Virus record (IMG/VR): IMGVR_UViG_3300042481_000164
Location: 1-64,000 of that record
Source of the DNA: a virus
Lineage: Duplodnaviria > Caudoviricetes
DNA length: 64,000 nt
Strand: one strand, 5' to 3'
The notes beneath the pieces are model-generated. The model was given only the letters and a program-made list of their open reading frames with translations. It made no database searches and had not been told where the DNA came from. The stretch's first letter is position 1. Each line of letters opens with the position of its first letter. Made by a program: the position numbers and the translations under genes. Positions 10,600-19,235 of the stretch are shown piece after piece.

Positions 10600-13500
10600 T
10601 GTATAATAAAAAGACTCTATCTAAAGCTTCAGCTGAGTTGGACAAAGCTAAAGCTCCTAAGAAACCTAAAGATATAATCACTGATCCAATGGGTCAGTGG
10701 AAGTATCCTGGTTTACCAACTAGAATTCCAAGTAATGATATTACTATGAAAGGAGTAGGTTATCCTGTGTTGGGTGTAGCTAATAATGGTCAAAGAAAGA
10801 TAATGCTTCCGGGAGTAGACTACACTTTTCCTGGAGCAGATTATGTAGATGAGTACCCACAGATGAGAAAGGGTGGTGTTAAAAAGAAAAAGACTAGAAG
10901 TCTTTCTGGTACTAATAAGATAATGCTTACACATCCTTTGCTTCAGAACTATAAGAATAAGGTATATGATCCAAATGTAGATTACTTTCAAGATGGAGGT
11001 ATGAAGACTGTAAAATCTAAAGATGGTACAGTAACTAATAGATTCATCAATGAAGCAGGAGATGAAGTTGTACAAGTAAAAACTAAAAATGGTAAGTACT
11101 TTGAAAAGGTTATCCCAAATAATAAATATATCAGCCCTCTTACTGGAAAACCTTATGTACCTATGCAAGGTGATGCAACTATTCCATCAGGATGGGAAGC
11201 TGAAGATAATACACTTGAGGATATTTCAGAATTTATAGACCCTACCGGAATTACATCATGGGATGATGTAGCAAGAGCTTATGATGAAAATGGTTTGTTT
11301 GATCCTAAAACTGGTTTAGAAATATTAGGTGCTCTTCCTCTTGTAGGTAAAATTGGTAAATCTGGAAAAATACTTGCTGGTGGAGAAAAACTTTTTCTTG
11401 ATGCTGTTAAGTATTTTGGATACAATGATAAAATAGCAAATGCCTATAAGGCATATAGAAAATTTGGTGGAAAAAATCTTGATGATGTTTTAGGTTTGAC
11501 AACAAAAGGTTTGACAAAACTTTCTCCAAAACTTAATCCTGAAAAATGGGAATCTAGCATGAAACTTATTAATGGTTTAAATAAATTTACTGAAGGTGCA
11601 AAGGCAACTAAACTACTTCCATATACTCCAAGTGGAGATACTCAAACAAAAAATGATGAGGATTATATAGAAACAGAACTTACAGATGATGAAATAGAAG
11701 AATACAGAAAAGGTGGATACATAGTAGAAGATATATCTGTACCAGAACTTACACAAGCTCAGAAAGGTAAAACTGTAAAAAACAAGGTGTTAGAAATATC
11801 TGACCCTAAAGAATTTGCTTATAGGAAAAAAATGTATAATGACAGTTTAGCTTTATATAACAAAGGACAAGAACAAAATAAAATATACAATGAATTTGTA
11901 AAATCTTACGGTGTTCCTAAAAAGAGTTTAGAAAAATACACTAACGCATTAGATGTTACTAATAAAATAAATCCTCAAATAGAACCTATTTTAGGAAAAA
12001 GCTTTTTTTACAACCACAACCCAGATGTGATTGCAGGCACAAATATTTCAGACAAAAGAGTAAAAGGAATAGACCCTGTAAACATATATAAAAAACCTAC
12101 GCAACCTGTAAAATTTAATAAAAATGCTGAGAAACCAGTTGTAATTGACAGAGAAAAAGTTGCTAATGAACCAATTGTAAATAAATCAAAAACTGTAGAT
12201 TCTAAAATTATTAATAAAATTAATACTACTAATTATCCGGAAGGTTATCAACCGTACTCTTTATATGGAAGAGTGCTAGATCCTGAGGTATACGGGTATG
12301 TTAAATCCATTAATGGAAAACCAGTAGAAGCAGCACAGTTTGGTGATACTTATGGTTATAAAGCAAAAATGGATGAGTATAAAAAATCTGGTAAGTATCC
12401 TTGGGTAAAACAAGAAGGTGGTTTAATTGAAGCACAGAATGGAATTATATCTACTAAAGAGCACACAGATAAAAAAGGAAATAAAACTATTAAGGTTCAA
12501 AAAGAAGATGGAACTGTTTATACAAAAGTTATAGGTAAGGATGGTAAAGTTTACAATAGAACCTTTGATCCTAAGAAAGATTCATGGGCAACAGATCAAA
12601 CAAAAAATTTATATTCTAAAGCACAAGGTTCAGGTAATTCAGATTGGTTTTGGGCACCAGCCGCTCTTACAGCAATAACAGGTGCACCATTATTAAAATC
12701 TGGAGCAACAGCTGTAGGTGAAGGAATAGTAGCAGGAGGAGATGCAATTGCTAATGCTACATTAAATAAACTTGGTAAAAATTCTTTTTTGCGAGCAATT
12801 AAAGCTGCTTCTAATACAGCTCCATCATGGTTGCCATCAGGAGCAACAGCAAATAATTTACTTACTGCTGCTGGTGCTACTTATGGAACAGCTGAATATT
12901 TTGATAAAAATAGTGATATAAGAAAATCATATTCTAAAGTTGCTAAAGATCCTACTTTAAGAAATGTAGCTGATGCAGTTTCAGAGACTGGGTCAAACAT
13001 GTTAAATTTTTCAGGTCTAAATGTTGGTAAAAATTTAAAGAATGCATCTAAGTATGCTACCAAAGTTGCTGATAAAGTTGCTCATGGTGAAACTATATTA
13101 CCTTATGCTTGGAAAAGCCGAGCACAAGGTGTAACATCAGATCAAGCACAAGAGTTATATCAGGCAATAAAAAATAAAAAACCACTTACAGAATGGCAAC
13201 ATGCTATGATTAGAGATTATGCATTTGACTCATCCCCATACACAGGTAGATGGGGTAATGTAGATAAGGTATTAAGATCTAAACTAAACAATTTAATTAA
13301 AAAAACAGGGATGGATGTTCCTGAAAATACAGTATTAATTAGAAGAATAAATTCTGAAGATCCAAAATTATTTAATTTAAAAAACAAAGTTGCAGATTTT
13401 GGTGATAGACCTGTTTCATTTTCTGCAGGTAGAGGTGCAGATTATAATGGACCAAAAGATAGAATTGTTCTTAGTGGAAGAAATGCAAAAAAAGCTAGTA

Positions 13501-13799
13501 AAAATTTTATAAAAAATGAGCATTATACAGATTATTCTGATGATGTTTTAAATAAAATACCTGAAGACTTGAGAGCTTCTTATAAAAGCTTGCCTGAACT
13601 TGTTTTACAAGAAAGAGAACTTATTGGTACAGATTTAAATTTAAGAAAAATTGGAAAAGTAAAAAATGAACTTGGGGGTCATGATTATATAATGAAACCT
13701 AAAGGTAAATTTTTTAAAGAAGGAGGTGTAGTTGCAGAATTATCAGATGATGAAATACAAGATTACATTAACCAAGGTTATATAGTAGAAGAAGTATAA
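10599..13799 (+). CDS. modular virion cargo protein with pre-toxin-like segment and C-terminal ADP-ribosyltransferase-like domain
   Basis: Cys-free; GG-delimited modules; DPTG...GALPLVGKIGK segment; R (VLIRRIN), S (PVSFS) and QERE motifs near the C-terminus. Confidence 0.6.
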   Translation: MYNKKTLSKASAELDKAKAPKKPKDIITDPMGQWKYPGLPTRIPSNDITMKGVGYPVLGVANNGQRKIMLPGVDYTFPGADYVDEYPQMRKGGVKKKKTRSLSGTNKIMLTHPLLQNYKNKVYDPNVDYFQDGGMKTVKSKDGTVTNRFINEAGDEVVQVKTKNGKYFEKVIPNNKYISPLTGKPYVPMQGDATIPSGWEAEDNTLEDISEFIDPTGITSWDDVARAYDENGLFDPKTGLEILGALPLVGKIGKSGKILAGGEKLFLDAVKYFGYNDKIANAYKAYRKFGGKNLDDVLGLTTKGLTKLSPKLNPEKWESSMKLINGLNKFTEGAKATKLLPYTPSGDTQTKNDEDYIETELTDDEIEEYRKGGYIVEDISVPELTQAQKGKTVKNKVLEISDPKEFAYRKKMYNDSLALYNKGQEQNKIYNEFVKSYGVPKKSLEKYTNALDVTNKINPQIEPILGKSFFYNHNPDVIAGTNISDKRVKGIDPVNIYKKPTQPVKFNKNAEKPVVIDREKVANEPIVNKSKTVDSKIINKINTTNYPEGYQPYSLYGRVLDPEVYGYVKSINGKPVEAAQFGDTYGYKAKMDEYKKSGKYPWVKQEGGLIEAQNGIISTKEHTDKKGNKTIKVQKEDGTVYTKVIGKDGKVYNRTFDPKKDSWATDQTKNLYSKAQGSGNSDWFWAPAALTAITGAPLLKSGATAVGEGIVAGGDAIANATLNKLGKNSFLRAIKAASNTAPSWLPSGATANNLLTAAGATYGTAEYFDKNSDIRKSYSKVAKDPTLRNVADAVSETGSNMLNFSGLNVGKNLKNASKYATKVADKVAHGETILPYAWKSRAQGVTSDQAQELYQAIKNKKPLTEWQHAMIRDYAFDSSPYTGRWGNVDKVLRSKLNNLIKKTGMDVPENTVLIRRINSEDPKLFNLKNKVADFGDRPVSFSAGRGADYNGPKDRIVLSGRNAKKASKNFIKNEHYTDYSDDVLNKIPEDLRASYKSLPELVLQERELIGTDLNLRKIGKVKNELGGHDYIMKPKGKFFKEGGVVAELSDDEIQDYINQGYIVEEV

Positions 13800-13842
13800 A
13801 CATAAGAAGTTTATTTAGTAAATTAAAATTTAGTATATTATT
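13797..13842 (+). promoter_or_regulatory. conserved intergenic element (candidate late promoter/operator)
   Basis: TAAAC-N7-GTTTA...AGTAAA...AAAATTTAGTATATTA; a similar element occurs at 19173. Confidence 0.45.
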
Positions 13843-13856
13843 TATATACCCAAGTT

Positions 13857-16379
13857 ATGGAAAAAAGAAAAGTACGTATTTATAAAGCTCATGATGGAGA
13901 AGGTAAATACATTAATAAAACTAAACAGTTTTTAGAAAAAGCTCAAATGGGTATGCAAACTCAAAATGAGTCAGCTGATGTTGAACAGCAACTACAAAGT
14001 GTAAAGTATTACATTAAGGGATTAAAAAATGAATCAGTAGATGATAATCAAATTCTTAAAGTATTAGTTTCAAAAGGATTAAGAAAAGATATTGCTACAG
14101 CTTTAATACTTCAAGTTTCAGAAGAACTAGAAGAGCAAGAAAGAAAGCTTGAGGAAGAGGATGAAGCTAATGCAGAAAATCAACCAAATGCTGAAGAAAC
14201 AGAAATGGGTCAAGAAGAAGAAGCTGATGTTGAAGAGCAACCAGAAGAAGAGGAAGATGAATCTGCTGGTTATAATGAGGCTATAGCTGAAGATGATGAT
14301 TACATGAATCCTAACATGGAATATGGATACGGTGGTAGAGTAGGAAAGAAAAAGTTTACCAACAATGTATTAAAATTACTAAAGAAACAAGAGGGTGGTG
14401 AAGAAAAAGCATTAGGTCAAGGTTATAGATTTGATAACATGAATAATGATGCTTCTACTAAAAAATCATCTTTCCTTGAAAAGATAAAAGAAACATCTAA
14501 TAAAGCTGCTGTTGATGAGCTTTATGAAAAAATGATGCAATCTAATAATCCTGAGTTGATTGAATCTGCAAATAAAATGGCAGAAGAAAGAAACAAACCT
14601 GCAGAAGGTACATTTGAAGAAGCTCAGTCAGGAGGTTTTATTGGAGGTGATGATCAACCGGATATGTTTATGTATGGTGGAACAGAGATGCCTTTCTATG
14701 AAGCAGATTTCCTACCGGAGGCACAAAAAGGTATTATATCAGGTAAAGCATATAACGCAAAAACAAGAGAAGAATACAAAGATTCTTTTGAAGGATTAGA
14801 TCCTTATGCTAAAACAGTTCACAAAAGAGGATTATTTGGAAGACCTAAGCAATGGACTGAATACTATACAAAAGGTAAAGGTTCTGCTAAATCATTGACA
14901 CCAGGTCAAGAAATTCAAGCAGCTTATGAAAAACAATTAGCAGAAAAGTCTCAAAATTTAAAACACGGTGTTGAAAAAGAAGTTTGGGATGATTTATCTG
15001 GTAAAGCAAAAAGAGCAATTAGAAGAGGAGAAAGACAATTAGGTAGAGAAGCTAGAAGAGGTGAAGATTCATTAGCAGAAGATGCTGCATTCAACAAAGG
15101 TGTTCATGCTAGATATAAATATGATACTGAAGAAGATTTAGCAAGAGATCTAAAAAGAAGTGATGATGCTTGGGATAAAGATGAATCTTTTGTTTCTGAT
15201 ATTGATAATTCTATTAAATCTCCGTATAAAGGTTTTGTGTATAATACTCATGATCCAAGAGGTAATAAATATGAAGAACCTAGACTTGTGGCTATGCCTG
15301 AATTATTACCATATGGTTTAAAAGAAGCTGATTTTGCTATATCAGAGATACCTCTTGATGATAATGTACCTATAGAAGAATTAAATGATATAGCAAATGA
15401 TTTTAAAGAACAAAAGCAAGCATATGATATTAGTAAACTAAATAATGAACACTATGTTACAAATCCTAAATTATTAGAGTTACAAAAATCTAGTAGTAGG
15501 AAAGAGTATAGTAACTTTAAAGCAGATCAACTTGAAAACATGTATAATACAAAAAAAGAATTTGCACCTCGTATGGTTGATCCTAAATTAAGTACATTAC
15601 ATCAATTTATGCCAGGTAAATCTAGAGCTACAAAAGAAGAAGAATCTATGAATAAAATTTTTGATCAGAGAGAAGCTGCTGAAGATGATGATCTTAAAAA
15701 TCAAAAATATGGATTTAGATATGGTGGTTTACCAAAAGCACAGACTGGACCTCCTGTAAAAAAACCTTCTGATCCAAGTACTAATACTGGTGATTTGTCA
15801 GGTATGTTAAAACCTGCTCAAAATCCTAACACTCTTTTAGGTGCTTCACAATCTTTTCCAGGAATGCCTTCAAATACTCCTGTCAATCCTGATGCTGGTA
15901 AAGTAAAAACTGTTACCATGGATCCTAATCAAACTAAAGGTCAAACAATTACTTCTGAAGATTTTGGAGATCCAAGTAATGATGATATAATAGCTGTTGA
16001 TAAACAAAAAGCTCCAAGTAACTTTGATGGTGAAGATGCTGTTAATAAATTTAATGCTGGGGCAACTGCTGTAACAGGATTCTTAAATAATCTTGATACT
16101 GCTAAACAGCAAAAAGAAATGTATGATAACAATTTTACTTCTGATAACATGTATGCTTCTACTAACACAAAAGACAGAGGTGATTATGTAGACTATGGTC
16201 AACAATTAGGTCAGTTTAGATATGATCAAATGGGTAGTGACACTAGCGGAAGATTTGCTTATGGTCAAGAAGGTGGTTATATGCAAGAGGGAGGATATGC
16301 TGAAGGAGATGAAGTATTCATGACTGATGAAGAATTAGAAGAATTCCTTGCTAATGGAGGAGATGTAGAATATTTATAA
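13857..16379 (+). CDS. acidic low-complexity virion cargo protein with repeated GG motifs
   Basis: 840 aa, no Cys, E/D-rich, many YGG/QEGG/AQxG motifs, C-terminal MTDEELEEFLANGGDVEYL tag. Confidence 0.55.
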   Translation: MEKRKVRIYKAHDGEGKYINKTKQFLEKAQMGMQTQNESADVEQQLQSVKYYIKGLKNESVDDNQILKVLVSKGLRKDIATALILQVSEELEEQERKLEEEDEANAENQPNAEETEMGQEEEADVEEQPEEEEDESAGYNEAIAEDDDYMNPNMEYGYGGRVGKKKFTNNVLKLLKKQEGGEEKALGQGYRFDNMNNDASTKKSSFLEKIKETSNKAAVDELYEKMMQSNNPELIESANKMAEERNKPAEGTFEEAQSGGFIGGDDQPDMFMYGGTEMPFYEADFLPEAQKGIISGKAYNAKTREEYKDSFEGLDPYAKTVHKRGLFGRPKQWTEYYTKGKGSAKSLTPGQEIQAAYEKQLAEKSQNLKHGVEKEVWDDLSGKAKRAIRRGERQLGREARRGEDSLAEDAAFNKGVHARYKYDTEEDLARDLKRSDDAWDKDESFVSDIDNSIKSPYKGFVYNTHDPRGNKYEEPRLVAMPELLPYGLKEADFAISEIPLDDNVPIEELNDIANDFKEQKQAYDISKLNNEHYVTNPKLLELQKSSSRKEYSNFKADQLENMYNTKKEFAPRMVDPKLSTLHQFMPGKSRATKEEESMNKIFDQREAAEDDDLKNQKYGFRYGGLPKAQTGPPVKKPSDPSTNTGDLSGMLKPAQNPNTLLGASQSFPGMPSNTPVNPDAGKVKTVTMDPNQTKGQTITSEDFGDPSNDDIIAVDKQKAPSNFDGEDAVNKFNAGATAVTGFLNNLDTAKQQKEMYDNNFTSDNMYASTNTKDRGDYVDYGQQLGQFRYDQMGSDTSGRFAYGQEGGYMQEGGYAEGDEVFMTDEELEEFLANGGDVEYL

Positions 16380-16388
16380 CTTTGAATT

Positions 16389-19175
16389 ATGATAAAGGTT
16401 AGAATTAAAAAAGTACCAAAAGCTAGAACAGGTTACCAAGTACAAGGTTCTTTAGCTAATGATGTACCAGCAATGGGTGGTGCAGATTACAATACTTACA
16501 TTGGTATGCCAAAGCCACAGCTAAGTAAATATATCACGGCTGTTCCTAGAGAAGAAGCTAATCTAGAAGCTGAAGGAGGTGAAACTGTATACGGTGACAT
16601 CAATGGTGATGGACTACCAGAACACAAAATCATCAAAGGCCCAAGACATGCTCAAGGAGGTGTACCATTAAACTTACCGGATGATACTTTTATATACAGT
16701 GACTTTAGAGGAATGAGTATTAAAGATCCTGAAATATTAGCAAATTTTGGTAAGAATTCTAAAGGTAAAAAAAGTTATACTCCAGCTACATTAGCAAAGC
16801 AGTATGATATTGATAAGTACAGAAAGATCTTACAAGATCCAAATTCTGATAGTATTGATGTTAAGACAGCTGAATTAATGATTGCTAATTTTAATAAAAA
16901 ATTAGCTGCTTTAGCATTAGCACAAGAGTCTAAAAAAGGTTTCCCTCAAGGTATTCCAGCAGTTGCTAAACCATATATGACTGAAAATAAATTAGAGGAA
17001 ACATCATTTATTGATCCATCTATAAAACAGTTTAGAAATCAAGTTGAACAAAAACTTAGTCAATCAGAGCAACAGAATGCAAATGAAACAGATAATTCAA
17101 ATACTGAATTAGAAGATGAAGAACAAGCTCAAGAAATGAATCAAGGTCAACCAGTAGCAATGCCAGAACAACAATTTGGTGGTATGTTTATGGGTGGTTT
17201 TGATTTTCCTTATACTGGTTTACCTGAAGCAGAATACGGAATGGCTATGGGTGCTAATCCAAGAAATTATATGGGTAGACCTAAATCTCCTATGTATGCT
17301 AGAGGAGGTGCTTTAAGAACATATCAAGGTGCTACAGGTGCTAGTACAACTGGTGCTACTGGTGGTGCTAATCCATCTGGTGATGCATTAGATATTTCAG
17401 GAATGGATCCTGAACAAGCTAGAAAAGCTCATTACATGTGGAAAAGAAAAAATCCAAATAAAGAACCATCAGTAACTAAAGATGGTAAAAAGATGAAATA
17501 CAAAGCACCAGATCCTCAAAAGGCGGTGACCATGGATAATTTAAAAGCAGTTAATGCAGCTGGTCAAAAGTTTTTAGAAACAGAATTAAAAAATCCTAAG
17601 TCTAAAATTAGAGCTGAATTAATCAAAGAAGCGCAAGCAGCTTATAATGATCCAAAAACAGGTGGTAGAATTGGTATAAGTAAATACAGAAAAGGTAAAA
17701 AATCTTTAAATGAAGATGAAATTATAAATGGTATTTTAAATGGTAAAAAAAGAAATGATACTATAAAAGAAGCTGGTATTAACATGGCTTATCTTGATAA
17801 TGGTGCAAAAGGTTTTGCAACATTTGATGATTTAAAAAGTAGAGGTCTTGTTAATGATCAAACTGAATATAATAAAATAAAAGCAGAATACACAGCTAAA
17901 AAATGGGATAGCAAAGAAAACATAGCAAAAACTTTAAATATAAAATTACCAACACCACAAGAAACTTTAGCTGAACAAGCTGGAGCACATGGTTTTGCCA
18001 GAATGAATTTAGAAAAAGCTAAAGGTACTTATAGTACTTTTAGTGATGATGAAACATATAACCTTGACACTATTTTAGGTAGAGAACAAAGTAGAGAAAC
18101 TAATACAGGTGGTGCAGATGAATCTGAGATGGCTAAATTATACGGTAAGGATTATGCTACATTATCACCAATTGAAGGTTATGCAGGTAATAGTGCATTA
18201 GCTCATGGTATAAATCCAAACATGGATGGCGGTACTTATGAAGAAGAAGCTGAAAAAGTTCAAGAAAAAGTTGAAGAAGGTAAAGATCCTCAAGAACCAT
18301 CAGAGGAAGAAGTAGTTGAAGGAGAAAAACCAGCTGAAGAACCAGCTGCTGAAGAACAACCTGTTGAACAACCTGAAGCTGAACCTGAGATGTGGTTACA
18401 AGACAAATTAAAAATTGCTGGAGCTGCTGTAGATTTATTTTCTGCTAAAAAGTATATGCCTATGGGAGCTGCAAGAGTAGACTTGCAAGCACCAAAACCT
18501 ACTTTTATGGACCCGACCAGAGAACTTGCTGCTAACGCAGAACAAGCAAATATTCAAACAGCTGGTATGGCTCAGTTTTCAGGACCACAAGCATTGTCAG
18601 CTAGATCATCATCTATTCAAGGACAAGGTGCAAAAAATGCTGCAGATGTATTAGCTAAATATAATAATCAAAATGTTGGTATTGCTAATCAATTTGAACA
18701 AGCAAATGCTTCTGTTAATAACCAAGAAGCTGCAATGAACCAAGCTAACCAACTTAAATTGTATGATCAAAATACAATAGCTAATCAACAATTTGATAAT
18801 AGTAAGAGAGCATTAAGAGGTAACTTGTTAAATCAATACACTAATGGTATTACTAATAAGTATAAGACAGATGCATTAAATCAAATCTATCCACAAATGA
18901 AAGTTGATGCTGGTGTTGGTGGTAAAGTTAAATATGATGAATCTAAAGCAAAACAAATCAAACCTACTACTTCTAAAACTATAAGTCAATATATTGCTGA
19001 ATGTAAACAAGAGGGTGTAGTTGAAGATAAAGTTATAGAGTGTGCAAAACTTAAACAACAAGCAGCTGGTTCTTCAGCTGATAGTAATGCTGCAGAAGCA
19101 TATCAAGCACAATTTGGTAACATGAAAAATGGAGGTTTTGTTTATAGTGATATTGTTTTCCCATTCATATTATAA
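16389..19175 (+). CDS. virion cargo/ejection protein
   Basis: ANLEAEGGETV...GPRHAQGGVP conserved-looking domain, GG motifs and a Q/N/A-rich helical C-terminus; lies upstream of the giant ejection genes. Confidence 0.55.
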   Translation: MIKVRIKKVPKARTGYQVQGSLANDVPAMGGADYNTYIGMPKPQLSKYITAVPREEANLEAEGGETVYGDINGDGLPEHKIIKGPRHAQGGVPLNLPDDTFIYSDFRGMSIKDPEILANFGKNSKGKKSYTPATLAKQYDIDKYRKILQDPNSDSIDVKTAELMIANFNKKLAALALAQESKKGFPQGIPAVAKPYMTENKLEETSFIDPSIKQFRNQVEQKLSQSEQQNANETDNSNTELEDEEQAQEMNQGQPVAMPEQQFGGMFMGGFDFPYTGLPEAEYGMAMGANPRNYMGRPKSPMYARGGALRTYQGATGASTTGATGGANPSGDALDISGMDPEQARKAHYMWKRKNPNKEPSVTKDGKKMKYKAPDPQKAVTMDNLKAVNAAGQKFLETELKNPKSKIRAELIKEAQAAYNDPKTGGRIGISKYRKGKKSLNEDEIINGILNGKKRNDTIKEAGINMAYLDNGAKGFATFDDLKSRGLVNDQTEYNKIKAEYTAKKWDSKENIAKTLNIKLPTPQETLAEQAGAHGFARMNLEKAKGTYSTFSDDETYNLDTILGREQSRETNTGGADESEMAKLYGKDYATLSPIEGYAGNSALAHGINPNMDGGTYEEEAEKVQEKVEEGKDPQEPSEEEVVEGEKPAEEPAAEEQPVEQPEAEPEMWLQDKLKIAGAAVDLFSAKKYMPMGAARVDLQAPKPTFMDPTRELAANAEQANIQTAGMAQFSGPQALSARSSSIQGQGAKNAADVLAKYNNQNVGIANQFEQANASVNNQEAAMNQANQLKLYDQNTIANQQFDNSKRALRGNLLNQYTNGITNKYKTDALNQIYPQMKVDAGVGGKVKYDESKAKQIKPTTSKTISQYIAECKQEGVVEDKVIECAKLKQQAAGSSADSNAAEAYQAQFGNMKNGGFVYSDIVFPFIL

Positions 19176-19217
19176 ACTTATCATGTTTATAGTAAACATA
19201 AAAAATTTATAGATTTA
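19173..19217 (+). promoter_or_regulatory. conserved intergenic element (second copy)
   Basis: TAAAC-N7-GTTTA-T-AGTAAAC...AAAATTTATAGATTTA, similar to 13797-13842. Confidence 0.45.
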
Positions 19218-19235
19218 CAATAGAAAAAAAATATT

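Noticed and set aside
14560-14799. 79-aa +1-frame ORF inside the 840-aa gene
   Set aside because: Typical K/L/Q frame shadow; host-frame codon usage is unchanged, unlike at 28758.
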